Source of the DNA: Macrostomum lignano
Lineage: Eukaryota
Assembly (NCBI GenBank): GCA_002269645.1
Contig: NIVC01001232.1
Span: 1-64,000 of the forward strand
Direction of reading: 5' to 3'
DNA: 64,000 bases
In this document: piece by piece, positions 11,301-22,311 of the stretch
Layout: each line of letters opens with the position of its first letter
Numbering within the stretch: the first letter of the stretch is position 1
Program-made: the position numbers and the translations under genes
Notes under the pieces: generated by a model
Databases searched by the model: none
What the model was told of the DNA's origin: nothing
What the model saw: the letters and a program-made list of their open reading frames with translations, nothing else

Positions 11301-14300
11301 GAGACGGAATCTAAGGGGAGAGAGTCTCTGGAGAAGGAATCTAAGGGGAGAGAGTCTCTGGAGAAGGAATCTAAGGGGAGAGAGTCTCTGGAGACGGAAT
11401 CTAAGGGGAGAGAGAGTCTCTGGAGACGGACTCTAATGGGAGAGAGTCTCTGGAGACGGACTCTAAGGGGAGAGAGTCTCTGGAGACGGAAACGGAATCT
11501 AAGGGGAGAGAGTCTCTGGAGGAAAAATCAAAGGGAGGAAAAAAAGCTGGGGGAGTCTTGTTGTCATATAGTTGAATACTCTGGCAGAGAAAGCTGAGTA
11601 AAATCAGAAGGGACTCAAATAAGAACAAAAGTGCACTGACATGCACACACAGGTAAACAAAAAACACGCATGTGAAAGCGCGAACACACCCGCCCACGCT
11701 CGCAGAGCTAGGACCCGGTTTTAGCCAGTTGAGCTTAGCAGAATATTCGAGCCTTGAAACACGCTATGGAGAAGAGCACGCCAAGCAGGGGAGAGGGCGC
11801 GGGTGTGGCGACACGGAACCTGTTGAGCCTCTCCAAATCTTAGCCTTTCGAATCCTAACTAGCCTAGGGAGTCAGTTTCAATACGCGCTCATAAAGCTGG
11901 CTGTTAGCTACCTGCTTTCGGCGTCTAGATCTAGATCAGGCTCAAATCCCTTACACAACCCCAGCCCTAACCGAGCTCTCTCGGCTCTCTCTACCCCTCT
12001 TCCCATAGCTAGCTTGCATCCATCTGTCTCGTCCGTCTGTTATTATCAATATTATTATTATTCCCTACAACCCTCCTTGACGCTTTCCACACGAGAGCGG
12101 ATGAATTAGGATACAGTGTACTCGATCAGGGCTAATTGCACTTCTTAAATATTCTTTATAGCTCGTATAGCCCCTAATATACAATAATATAAGGGGTGAG
12201 TCAATGAAAGAATCGAAAAGAAAAGAGGACTCGGAAGGGAGTCTAAAATGGGAAAGTCTATAGAGAAGGAATCTAAAGGGGAGAGTCTCTGGGGAGGGAG
12301 GCTAATCGGAGAGAGTCTCTGGGGAGGGAGGCTAATCGGAGAGAGTCTCTGGGGAGGGAGGCTAATCGGAGAGTCTCTGGGGAGGGAATCTAATCGGAGA
12401 GAGTCTCTGGGGAGGGAGGCTAAGGGGAGAGAGTCTCTGGGGAGGGAGGCTAATCGGAGAGAGTCTCTGGGGAGGGAGGCTAATCGGAGAGTCTCTGGGG
12501 AGGGAATCTAATCGGAGAGAGTCACTGGAGAAGGAATCTAAGGGTAGAGAGTCACTGGAGAGGAAATCTAAGGGTAGAGAGTCACTGGAGAAGGAATCTA
12601 AGGGTAGAGAGTCACTGGAGAGGAAATCTAAGGGTAGAGAGTCACTGGAGAAGGAATCTAAGGGTAGAGAGTCACTGGAGAGGGAATCTAAGGGTAGAGA
12701 GTCACTGGAGAAGGAATCTAAGGGTAGAGAGTCACTGGAGAGGGAATCTAATCGGAGAGAGTCACTGGAGAAGGAATCTAAGGGTAGAGAGTCACTGGAG
12801 AGGAAATCTAAGGGTAGAGAGTCACTGGAGAAGGAATCTAAGGGTAGAGAGTCACTGGAGAGGAAATCTAAGGGGAGAGAGTCACTGGAGAAGGAATCTA
12901 AGGGAAGAGAGTCACTGGAGAGGAAATCTAAGGGGAGAGAGTCACTGGAGAAGGAATCTAAGGGTAGAGAGTCACTGGAGAGGAAATCTAAGGGTAGAGA
13001 GTCACTGGAGAGGAAATCTAAGGGTAGAGAGTCACTGGAGAAGGAATCTAAGGGTAGAGAGTCACTGGAGAGGAAATCTAAGGGGAGAGAGTCACTGGAG
13101 AAGGAATCTAAGGGAAGAGAGTCACTGGAGAAGGAATCTAAGGGTACAGAGTCACTGGAGAAGGAATCTAAGGGGAAGAGTTTCTGAGGAGGGAATCTAA
13201 GGGGAGAGTCTCTGGGGAAGGAATCTAAGGGGAGAGTCTCAGGAAAAGAATCCTGAGCAGGTCGCAGGCGCCGAATACACGCACAAGCAAACAAAGACAA
13301 TCGGTAACTCTCAAACCTGACTAATTCTGGGCTGCTGGTGCATCAAGCGGTTCAAAGTTTCCAGAAACATATTGCGAATGTCGGCCGATTTCGAATAGAA
13401 ATTGTTGATTGTTGGCCACCAGGACAGGCGCGGCTGGGTTGGAAATTAGACGGGCGTGGGAAATTTTGTTTATTTGTGCTAAAATTACTGGACAATTTTG
13501 AGACTACCGAAGTATTACCTAGGCAGAGATTGACACTACCGGGGTGTTACCTGGGTAGAGATTGATATCACCGGGGTATTACCTGGACATAGATTGAGAT
13601 CACCGGGGTATTACCTGGACATAGATTGAGATCACCGGGGTATTACCTGGACAGAGATTAAGACTGAGACTACCAGGGTATTTTCTGGTCTCCCCTGGTC
13701 GGTAGATACAAACTGACACGGCATATTCCGGTTTCCCTGGTCGGTGGATACAAACTGACAGGGCATATTCCGGTTTCCCTGGTCGGTGGATACAAACTGA
13801 CAGGGCATATTCTGGTTTCCCCTGGTGGGTGGATACAAACTGACAGGGCATATTCCGGTTTCCCCTGGTGGGTGGATACAAACTGACAGGGCATTTTACA
13901 GTTTCCCCTGGTCGGTGGATACAAACTGGCACGGCATATTCCGGTTTCCCTGGTCGGTGGATACAAACTGACAGGGCATATTCTGGTTTCCCCTGGTGGG
14001 TGGATACAAACTGACAGGGCATATTCCGGTTTCCCCTGGTGGGTGGATACAAACTGACAGGGCATATTCCGGTTTCCCCTGGTGGGTGGATACAAACTGA
14101 CAGGGCATTTTACAGTTTCCCCTGGTCGGTGGATACAAACTGGCAGGGCATATTCCGGTTTCCCCTGGTGGGTGGATACAAACTGACAGGGCATTTTACA
14201 GTTTCCCCTGGTCGGTGGATACAAACTGGCAGGGCATATTCCGGTTTCCCCTGGTCGGTGGATACAAACTGGCAGGGCATATTCCGGTTTCCCCTGGTCG

Positions 14301-17300
14301 GTGGATACAAACAAACTGATTTTCCAGTTTCCAATACTAAGGTGGGTAGCAGCTCACCTGAGTTATTATCTTATGCAGAGAACAGACCAGCACGAAGTGA
14401 AAGATAGGCGGACTCTGCTGATTTAGGCAAACCTTCAATATTTCATTATTGTGCGGAGTGATTCGAAAACAGGTGACAAAAAACTCGGTTAACAGGTGTT
14501 CAGTATCGGCGTGAGGCGTCCGCAGACCAGATTTAGCCTGCAAAAACAGAATGCTTTTAAGGTCGCTAATGACCCGTTGGACAATGCTAAATAGGGCATT
14601 GCTGCGATCGTTAATGTTAACATAGCAGGCGGATTTGCACATGTTAACTGTTGCTAAGATGGCAGCCTCTAACAGGCTAGGCTTAGCCGAACTGTGATTA
14701 TGCGAGGCCAGTGCGCGTTTCATATCGTCAAAGAATTGCTTTTTACGCAGCGCGCTGGCGCCAATAGGGGCGCCATTCTCCGCGTTGTTAATATCTTCGA
14801 GAAGATTCGGGCACAGCACTAGCAGCATGACCTGCAGTGGCCAAGTTTGAGCTTTGCGCCGGCCGCTGTCGCTGCACAGAGGGGTCAGCATGTCGAATAG
14901 GCGCTCGCAACGCTCTGTAATGGGATGGGAGCGGCGGCATGGGGCACTGCTGTGTCGCAGACTCGCTGATTAAGTCATGAAGCTTCATCGGGTCACTAAA
15001 TGATTGAAACGTGACTTGCTGAACTAATGTGTCGGTTTGGTCATTGGTTCACTGTTGAGTCATGGTGTCATTGAGTCACTGCTGGGTCAAGGTATTATTG
15101 GCTCACTGTTGGGTCATGGTATTATTGGGTCACTGCTGGGTCATGGTATTATTGGGTCACTGCTGGGTCATGGTATTATTGGGTCACTGCTGGGTCATGG
15201 TATTATTGGTTCACTGCTGGGTCATGGTATTATTGGGTCACTGCTGGGTCATGGTATTATTGGGTCACTGCTGGGTCATGGTATTATTGGGTCACTGCTG
15301 GGTCATGGTATTATTGGGTCACTGCTGGGTCATGGTATTATTGGGTCACTGCTGGGTCATGGTATTATTGAGTCACTGCTGGGTCATGGTATTATTGGGT
15401 CACTGCTGGGTCATGGTATTATTGGGTCACTGCTGGGTCATTGTATTATTGGGTCACTGTTGGGTCATGGTGTCATTGGGTCACTGCTGGGTCAAGGTGT
15501 CATTGGGTCACTGCTGGGTCGTGTCACTGCTGGGTCGTGTCACTGCTGGGTCGTGTCACTGCTGGGTCGTGTCACTGCTGGGTCGTGTCACGGTGTCTTT
15601 GGGTCATGGTGTCACTGGGGTCACTGTGTCTTTGAGTCATGGTGTCACTGGGGTCACTGTTGGGTCATGGTGTCACTGGGGTCACTGCTGGGTCACGGTG
15701 TCATTGAATCATTGTTGGGTCATGGTGTCATGGGGCACTGCTGGGTCGTGTCACTGTTGAGTCACGGTGGGTCATGGTGTCACTGGGGTCACTGTTGGGT
15801 CATGGTGTCACTGGGGTCACTGTTGGGTCATGGTGTCACTGGGGTTACTGTTGGGTCATGGTCTCATGGGGCACTGCTGGGTCGTTTCACTGTTGGGTCA
15901 CGGTGGGTCATGGTGTCACTGGGGTCACTGTTGGGTCATGGTGTCACTGGGGTTACTGTTGGGTCATGGTGTCACTGGGGTCACTGTTGGGTCATGGTGT
16001 CACTGGGGTTACTGTTGGGTCATGGTCTCATGGGGCACTGCTGGGTCGTTTCACTGTTGGGTCACGGTGGGTCATGGTGTCACTGGGGTCACTGTTGGGT
16101 CATGGTGTCACTGGGGTTACTGTTGGGTCATGGTGTCACTGGGGCGACTGCTGGGTCACGGTGTCATTGAATCATTGTTGGGTCATGGTGTCATGGGGCA
16201 CTGCTGGGTCGTGTCACTGTTGGGTCACGGTGGGTCATGGTGTCACTGGGGTCACTGTTGGGTCATGGTGTCACTGGGGTTACTGTTGGGTCATGGTGTC
16301 ACTGGGGCTACTGCTGGGTCACGGTGTCATTAAGTCATTGTTGGGTCATGGTGTCACTGGGGCCACTGCTGGGTCACGGTGTCATTGAATCATTGTTGGG
16401 TCATGGTGTCACTGGGGCCACTGCTGGGTCACGGTGTCATTGAATCATTGTTGGGTCATGGTGTCATGGGGCACTGCTGGGTTGTGTCACTGTTGGGTCA
16501 CGGTGGGTCATGGTGTCACTGGGGTCACTGTTGGGTCATGGTGTCACTGGGGCCACTGCTGGGTCACGGTGTCATTGAGTCATTGTTAGGTCATGGTGTC
16601 ATTGGGGTATACTATGCATACTACGATTGGATGATTTTGACACTTAATTAAACAGGCTCAGCCAACGCACCGGCCAGCTCCTCATTCGGTTTAGTCTGCA
16701 ATTCGTCGAATTCTTGGGGAAAATTTTCCAACCAATTCCAAATCGCCCGTTCGAGAAAGTTGGACAAAGCCAAATAGGCGTTCTTCTTTAGACCCTTGAA
16801 TTTGGTGCAGACCTCGTAGATGAGTCGGGACAGCCTGGTCAGGTCCATGCTCAGGTACTGTATTAGCTCAAGCTCGGAGATTTGACAATCGGCGTCCTCT
16901 AATTCGGACGTGCTGAGATTGAGACTGCTCAGGATTCTATTAAACACTGTATTAAAGTTGTTAACGGATAGGGCGTAGATGACCCGAGATGCCAGGGTCA
17001 GCAGTTCGCCGTTCATCTTTGAGTTCTCGCCAGTTAGGGTCATGAACTACAAGGGATGAGATGGGTGACAGTTTTTTACTTTTGTGTATATGAGACGTAT
17101 GCGGTGCTGGGGCAATTAAGGTCAGGTGTCTGGTCAGGTTGGTCAGGTGGTTAGTGGGTCGTCAGGACTAGTGGGTCACATAACTAGCGGGTCAGGTGGT
17201 TAGTGGGTCAGGTGGTTGGTGCGTCAGGTGGTTAGTGGGTCAGCTGGTTAGTGGGTCAGGTGGCTAGTGGGTCAGGTGACTAGTGGGTCAGATAATTAGT

Positions 17301-20300
17301 GGGCCAGGTGACTAGTGGGTCAGGTGGTTAGTGGGTCAGCTGGTTAGTGGGTCAGGTGGCTAGTGGGTCAGGTGACTAGTGGGTCAGATAATTAGTGGGC
17401 CAGGTGACTAGTGGGTCAGGTGGCTAGTGGGTCAGGTGACTAGTGGGTCAGGTGACTAGTGGGTCAGGTGGTTAGTGGGTCAGATAATTAGTGGGCCAGG
17501 TGACTAGTGGGTCAGGTGGTTAGTGGGTCAGATAATTAGTGGGCCAGGTGACTAGTGGGTCAGGTGGGTTAGTGGGTCAGGTAACTAGTGGGCCAGGTGA
17601 CTAGTGGGTCAGGTGGTTAGTGGGTCAGATTATTAGTGGGCCAGGTGACTAGTGGGTCAGGTGGGTTAGTGGGTCAGGTAACTAGTGGGTCAGGTGACTA
17701 GTGGGTCAGGTGGTTAGTGGGTCAGGTAACTAGTGGGCCAGGTGACTAGTGGATCAGGTAAGTAGTCGGTAAGGAGGATTGTAGCCGATGGGTCTTGGGT
17801 GGATGAGTTGAGCAGCTGAGATAGTAAGATAACTGCATATTCAGCAATTCAATCGTTTAACCATCCAATTTTCTTTACACAGAAAAGCAGCAAACAGCTG
17901 CGGCTCTCAACTCACGTTTTGCACCAATTTTCGGACCCGGCAAATTTCCTGAAGCAGATTTTTAACCAAAATGGCTTCGTCTAAGCGCGAGGTCTCTTTC
18001 GGTTGCTGTAAAAGTAGTTGAAAAAATTATTAAAAATTTTTTCCAGACTCTCAAACGAACACTAAATGAGCTGGTGAATTGATAAGTTTTGCATATACTA
18101 AACTCACCCCAATCAGGCATTTCTCAAGCGTGTCCAAAATGATGAACTGAGAGTGGCAAAAGTTGCGCTCGGCATCGGGCCCGTACACGTGCTGGCCGGG
18201 TGCGGGGTGCGGGATGGCTCTTCATATAATTATGAAGTAATACTCGTACTTACACTGATATCTGGGAGGATCTGGGATAGTGGCACTGACCCAGCAACTG
18301 AGGATCTGGGAGGCTGGCACAGCAACTGACACTCTGGAAGACTTGCCCAGCAACTGAGAATCTGGGAGGCTGGCCCAGAAACTGAGGATCTGGGAGGCTG
18401 GCCCAGCAACTGAGGATCTGGGAGGCTGGCCCAGAAACTGAGGATCTGGGAGGCTGGCCCAGCAACTGAGGATCTGGGTGGCCAAGAAACTGGAGATCTG
18501 GGAGGCTGGCCCAGCAACTGAGGATCTGGGAGGCTGGCACAGCATCTGAGGATCTGGGAGGCTGGCCCAGCAACTGAGGATCTGGGAAGCTGGCCCAGCA
18601 ACTGAGGATCTGGGGACACAACGAGCGGAAACAACTGGTGTAGAAAATGAATGATTAAAACATCTCACGCATTCGCAAATCACCATTTGGTCCACCTGCT
18701 GCAGTATCTTAGTAAGCTCAGATATAACTAGCGCAAATTTGTACTTGCTGACACGGATGAGGCACTGCTTGTTCATCTCCACATTTTCAAGCGACTGGTT
18801 CGTGTGGAGGCCAGTTTTGATTGGCAACTAAATAAAATATTTAAGTTAAGATCTTTATATAGCTTTTGTAGGTAATCACAATATAAAGGTAAAAACAAAA
18901 ACCAACAAAGCACTTAAATTTTTTTTTCAAAAGCACACTTCATGACTACTACTATTGCAACATCAATGTTGAAATATCATTAAAAAAATTTATACATATA
19001 CTAAAGTAAGATTCAAGCAAAAGTATTGAAAGAGTTAAAAAATTAAAATTAAAGTTAAAGCTTCTTAATTTTCAAATTTATTGCATAAAGAACTATTTTA
19101 AATTTACTTTCAACATTATTCTTAATAATGTTTTATAAGTGTTTAAAATAAACAAGAAAAGTTTTTCTTTGTGATAGAAAAAAAGGAGTTTTGCCAACTA
19201 TAATACTATATTATAAAAATATTATATTTTATCTATTCTACTAAAATACACTAAAAACATATATTAGTCAAATGTAAGATAATATTTTACATTAATTACT
19301 TGAAAATACATCATTATAATAAAGCTTACAAAAGTTTTATATATAAAGGCTATTCTGATTTTTAGGCCTAGTTTATTCCAATGACATTACCCAGTAAGTA
19401 GAATGTTTTCAAAAGTAGATAATTAATCCCTTATTAGAATAGGGGAATTTTCAAATATTTCTTTTCTATACAAATTTTTATGCAGATTCTCTTAAAACAA
19501 CACATATGCAATATATTGTTTAATCCCAAAAAATATTCTACTGTTTTATTAGCTGGGATAATAAATGGGTATATATGACAACCTTCCAGTCTATGGACTA
19601 AATAGCCATAAGTAGCCTTCAGATATGTTGTACAATAGCTGCAGCTAAGTTGTTAGTTGCATATCTGGCCTAATTGGTACAGGTGTAATCAATTATTTAT
19701 TAAAGAGATATATTACAATAAATAATTTTACTGTTTTAATGCACACTATACAGTTCAAAATAATTAAGAATCTGCTCAATTATATAAACTTTAACAAGCT
19801 ATTGAAATGCACAGATTTTGAACCCGAAGAATTTCAATCCCCAGAACTATTTTTTGCATGTTCTGAGGTCATATTCAAACAAAAACTTTTTAATAGTTGG
19901 GATAGAGGTAAACATAAAATGGAGTACTAGGATTTGAGGCAAACATTGATATTGTTGGCTAGGGTGCTACGCAGAATGTTAGGGAATGTCTGTCTGACTC
20001 TTCTGTTTCCTCACTTTTCTCTCATCTCTTCTCTTCTTTCCTCTCTTCTCCTTCTCTCTCTATTCTTTTCTCTCCTCTCCTCTCTTCTCTTATCTCTTCT
20101 CATTTCTTTTTGCTCTCTACTCTCTCTTCTCTCTCCCTTCTTCTCACTCCTTACTCTCCTTCTTTCAACACTTCCATCCATCTTTGAGTGCAGCTTTGTG
20201 AAGCTTTGAGTTTGGTTTGAGTTATTATAATCGCTTAGTGTCTGGGTAAAGTCCTATATGTCAATTTTCAGTGATAGATAGCAAGCAGAAGTACTCAAAA

Positions 20301-22311
20301 TCAAATATCAATCTAATTCACTATGGAGATAGGGAAGCACCAGTTTTTTTGCAAATTGTAAAAAGTCCTTTTGCTCTGTAGCCATAACTTTTTCATGTTA
20401 GTTCATCTTGTGGGTAATGTTTTTTTATAAAAAAATCATAGCATTAAGTACTTTAAAGTACTTTAAAAGCAGAGGGTTTTTTATTTCCAAATATTGATCT
20501 TGAATTTTGTTTGGGGAATCTTTGCATAATTTACACTATATGTATTTTGTATGTGTGGGTTCCCCAACAGATATTCACCAGACAGATATTTTTTTCTTCA
20601 GGCTGATAATTCAAACAAAAAATGAATTCATGTTTCGGGATACATTCCTTACTCTGACGCCATATTCAGCTTTAAAAATTTGTAAGCAGAAATTTTCTGT
20701 CCCAAAGAAAAAAAAATTGGCATGAATGCAAAGTGTGTTAAAAGACGAATTCATTGGTACCCCTTACAAACACATTTTGGAAGCAAATATCTCGGGAAAT
20801 ACAAAAGAGAATCATGTGTCTAAGATGTCATTGCAAAGCTGAGACATGCGTCAAGAAGTGATAAAAGTTTCAGAGCAAATAATTAAAGCATTGAGACGCA
20901 GCAATAAATCAAAGTTTTGGTTTATCTTGGTTGAAGATTGTTGATCAACAAAAACTTTGATTTATTGCTGCGTCTCAATACTTCAATCATTTGCTCTGAA
21001 ACTTTTATCACTTCTTGACGCATGTCTCAGCTTTGCAATGACATCTTAGACACATGATTCTCTTTTGTATTTCCCGAGATATTTGCTTCCAAAATGTGTT
21101 TGTAAGGGGTGCCAATGAATTCGTCTTTTAACACACTTTGCATTCATGCCAATTTTTTTTTCTTTGGGACAGAAAATTTCTGCTTACAAATTTTTAAAGC
21201 TGAATATGGCGTCAGAGTAAGGAATGTATCCCGAAACATGAATTCATTTTTTGTTTGAATTATCAGCCCGAAGAAAAAATATCTGTCTGGTGAATATCTG
21301 TCGGGGAACCCACACATGTATTTTGTTTTTGTATGAGCAATAAATCAAAAGTAAAAAATTGATTGTTGGTCATCCTCAATTTTTTTCTGAATTTTCAATT
21401 TCAATTTCAATTTTGATAGAAAATTCACTTTTTGAATATCTCTTTAATTGCTACAAATTAATGTGTGCACATAGCTTGTAGGCTTGAAAATTTTTATGGC
21501 AAATGAAATCATTAAATTGTTAGATGAAATGACTTTCTACAAATATTTGCAAATGAAAAAGTGGCAAACACGTAGCAGATGAAATCACCATTGATTTAAA
21601 TAAGCCACTAATATAATATAACATACTATAATAATATAATAATAATAATAATATGCCTAGTAAATAATTTTCCTTAGATTATAAATGCTATTATAGAAAA
21701 ATTTCTATTTTAATTTAATAGAACATTTTAAAGATATCTTTTGCAGGCCTCTACACTACCACACTTTGGATCATGTAGTATATGCCCAAAAATTTGGATG
21801 TGCATTAATCTTGCATGCCAAAGGTAGGCCTAGGCATGGCATGCACAGCACAGTTAGCAAACATCACTCTTAAGAAAATAGTGTATGCACACTTGGCATG
21901 CACTTTATAGAATTACACAAGAGTTATTGTAAAATAGAAAAATAATGAAAAAAGTTTAATTTTTGTTTGGGCATGCACCCAGAATTATCTGGACTATGGC
22001 TACACTGCTACAGGCCTACACAAAGTAATCTATATTAAAATTATATTAGGACATGATGACTTGTGGCTATACCCCCCTCCAATTCATTAGCATCCTTACT
22101 TAGGGCCTAAGCTGAAAAGGATGTATATAGAAAGGAATAAATTACTTTTTAAAGACTTTTGTTATCAGTCATCTAAACCCAGAGCTTAATATATTGTCAG
22201 CAATTTTATACTGTAACTGCAACTTTGTAAACCCTAATATTATGAGCTTACCTGTGAATCAAATCTATTTAGCAGGGCATGAACCCATTCACCAGGTTTA
22301 CGATCAGCCAT
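346..22311 (-). CDS. NF1: Neurofibromin (NF1) gene, 5' portion (about the first 1100 aa equivalent), spliced; continues beyond the left edge of the window
   Basis: Chain of exons with GT/AG ends and compatible phases. Translations match remembered human/Drosophila neurofibromin in order: [48 protein letters not shown]. Confidence 0.97.
645..775. repeat. Intronic minisatellite, ~36-bp unit (GACAGGGAGCTGAGGACAGAGGGTGATGCACTGAAG)
   Basis: About 3.5 tandem copies. Confidence 0.9.
912..1186 (-). CDS. NF1: NF1 exon 13 ([13 protein letters not shown]...IKIRLCQLV...QEIKFRNK), with a 1-nt deletion near 958-960
   Basis: ccttacag acceptor, AAG|GTAAGT donor. It is 275 nt long; adding one C restores [18 protein letters not shown] (human MARRDDLSFCQEMKFRNK). 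Confidence 0.9.
1310..1900. repeat. Intronic minisatellite, ~28-36-bp unit (GTTGTGGCGGCACTTCAAAGGGTTTAGAGAGA)
   Basis: Tandem array; same family recurs at 3500-4240. Confidence 0.95.
2490..2880. repeat. Intronic minisatellite, 32-bp unit (CAGACACATCACACAGTGACACAGCTGTGCCA)
   Basis: About 12 copies abutting the exon 12 donor. Confidence 0.95.
2892..3066 (-). CDS. NF1: NF1 exon 12 ([11 protein letters not shown]...FSSQGTQ)
   Basis: catgcag acceptor, CAG|GTGAAT donor, phase-consistent. Confidence 0.93.
3500..4240. repeat. Second array of the GTGGCGGCACTTCAAAGGG family
   Basis: Same core and orientation as 1310-1900. Confidence 0.95.
4940..5490. repeat. Intronic minisatellite, ~24-bp unit (CCTACCCCCAATAAACCCCACATT)
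   Basis: Over 20 copies; G-tract rich on the NF1 sense strand. Confidence 0.95.
5543..5984 (-). CDS. NF1: NF1 exon 11 (GNIQAWEET...[13 protein letters not shown]...CPVT), with an Ala-rich low-complexity insertion
   Basis: cccttcag acceptor, CA|GTGAGT phase-2 donor; joins exon 12 as CPVTQFIG (human TPVSKFMD). Confidence 0.93.
6068..6345. repeat. Intronic minisatellite, ~34-bp unit (TTCACCTGTGACCTTACCCAGGAGTACCGGGGAA)
   Basis: About 8 copies in NF1 intron 10. Confidence 0.93.
6374..6559 (-). CDS. NF1: NF1 exon 10 (GLLCQEAE...[22 protein letters not shown])
   Basis: ctcactcag acceptor, G|GTATGT donor, phase 1-1. Confidence 0.93.
7379..7832 (-). CDS. NF1: NF1 exon 9 (NPPGR...LWNPAEP...AMSCF)
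   Basis: Strong NF1 similarity; ccgcag acceptor, G|GTGAGG donor. Confidence 0.94.
7878..8480. repeat. (GACA)n microsatellite with GACACA interruptions
   Basis: Direct reading; source of the spurious SVCL/TDRQ ORFs. Confidence 0.97.
8908..9024 (-). CDS. NF1: NF1 exon 8 ([11 protein letters not shown]...[18 protein letters not shown])
   Basis: ccccacag acceptor, CAT|GTAAGT donor; matches human YLLLSMVKLIHADPKLLL. Confidence 0.9.
9065..10400. repeat. Intronic minisatellite, 21-bp unit (GCCTGACTCAGGTGGGGAGAT) with variant units
   Basis: About 60 copies; variant blocks (e.g. TGACTTAGG near 9263, 9552, 9761) recur. Confidence 0.97.
10755..11520. repeat. Intronic minisatellite, 30-bp unit (GGAGAGAGTCTCTGGAGACGGAATCTAAGG)
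   Basis: About 24 copies. Confidence 0.96.
11698..11763 (-). CDS. NF1: Candidate NF1 exon 7b ([22 protein letters not shown]), phase 0-0
   Basis: Strong acceptor ctcttctccatag, donor AGC|GTGGGC, 66 nt. Weak similarity to human SLTFKEKVTSLK at the expected position. Confidence 0.45.
12250..13250. repeat. Related 30-bp minisatellite (AGGGTAGAGAGTCACTGGAGAAGGAATCTA)
   Basis: Same AGAGTCxCTGGAG..GGAATCTAAGG core as 10755-11520. Confidence 0.96.
13317..13433 (-). CDS. NF1: NF1 exon 7 ([27 protein letters not shown]...ISQ)
   Basis: Matches human LDWWPKIDAVYCHSVELRNMF; cccag acceptor, CAG|GTTTGA donor. Confidence 0.9.
13525..14310. repeat. Two adjoining minisatellites: ~32-bp (13525-13680) and 42-43-bp (GGATACAAACTGACAGGGCATATTCCGGTTTCCCCTGGTCGGT)
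   Basis: Direct reading, in the intron between NF1 exons 6 and 7. Confidence 0.93.
14358..14914 (-). CDS. NF1: NF1 exon 6 ([10 protein letters not shown]...WPLQ...HKIITQ)
   Basis: cattacag acceptor (phase 1), CAG|GTGAGC donor, 557 nt phase-consistent. Confidence 0.94.
15050..16600. repeat. Intronic minisatellite, 27-bp unit (GGTCATGGTATTATTGGGTCACTGCTG) grading into variant and higher-order units
   Basis: Direct reading. Confidence 0.96.
16671..17046 (-). CDS. NF1: NF1 exon 5 (FMTLTGE...[13 protein letters not shown]...EELA)
   Basis: cttgtag acceptor, G|GTGCGT phase-1 donor, clear NF1 similarity. Confidence 0.93.
17120..17765. repeat. Intronic minisatellite, 16-bp unit (GGTCAGGTGACTAGTG / GGTCAGGTGGTTAGTG)
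   Basis: About 38 copies. Confidence 0.95.
17937..18005 (-). CDS. NF1: NF1 exon 4 ([23 protein letters not shown]); alternative in-frame donor at 17916
   Basis: ttacag acceptor. Donor CGG|GTCCGA gives a gap-free alignment to homologues; AAC|GTGAGT 21 nt further on is also phase 0. Confidence 0.88.
18108..18191 (-). CDS. NF1: NF1 exon 3 ([28 protein letters not shown])
   Basis: 84 nt as in human exon 3, ccag acceptor, GGG|GTGAGT donor. Confidence 0.93.
18260..18620. repeat. Intronic minisatellite, 28-bp unit (GAGGATCTGGGAGGCTGGCCCAGCAACT)
   Basis: About 12 copies. Confidence 0.94.
18684..18827 (-). CDS. NF1: NF1 exon 2 (LPIKTG...VDQM)
   Basis: tttag acceptor, 144 nt as in human exon 2, donor ATG|GTGATT. 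Confidence 0.95.
20551..21317. mobile_element. Foldback / Mutator-like non-autonomous element: ~368-bp inverted arms, ~32-bp spacer, 9-bp TSD
   Basis: 20551-20918 is the reverse complement of ~20951-21317, with about 6 transition mismatches. GTATTTTGT lies directly on both flanks (20542-20550, 21318-21326). Confidence 0.88.
22252..22311 (-). CDS. NF1: NF1 coding exon 1 ([20 protein letters not shown])
   Basis: ATG at 22311, 60 nt, donor CAG|GTAAGC. Same length as human coding exon 1 (MAAHRPVEWVQAVVSRFDEQ). Confidence 0.93.

Noticed and set aside
1340-18827. Many long ORFs with periodic peptides ([34 protein letters not shown], etc.)
   Set aside because: They are translations of intronic tandem repeats lacking stops in some frames; the NF1 exon chain skips them.
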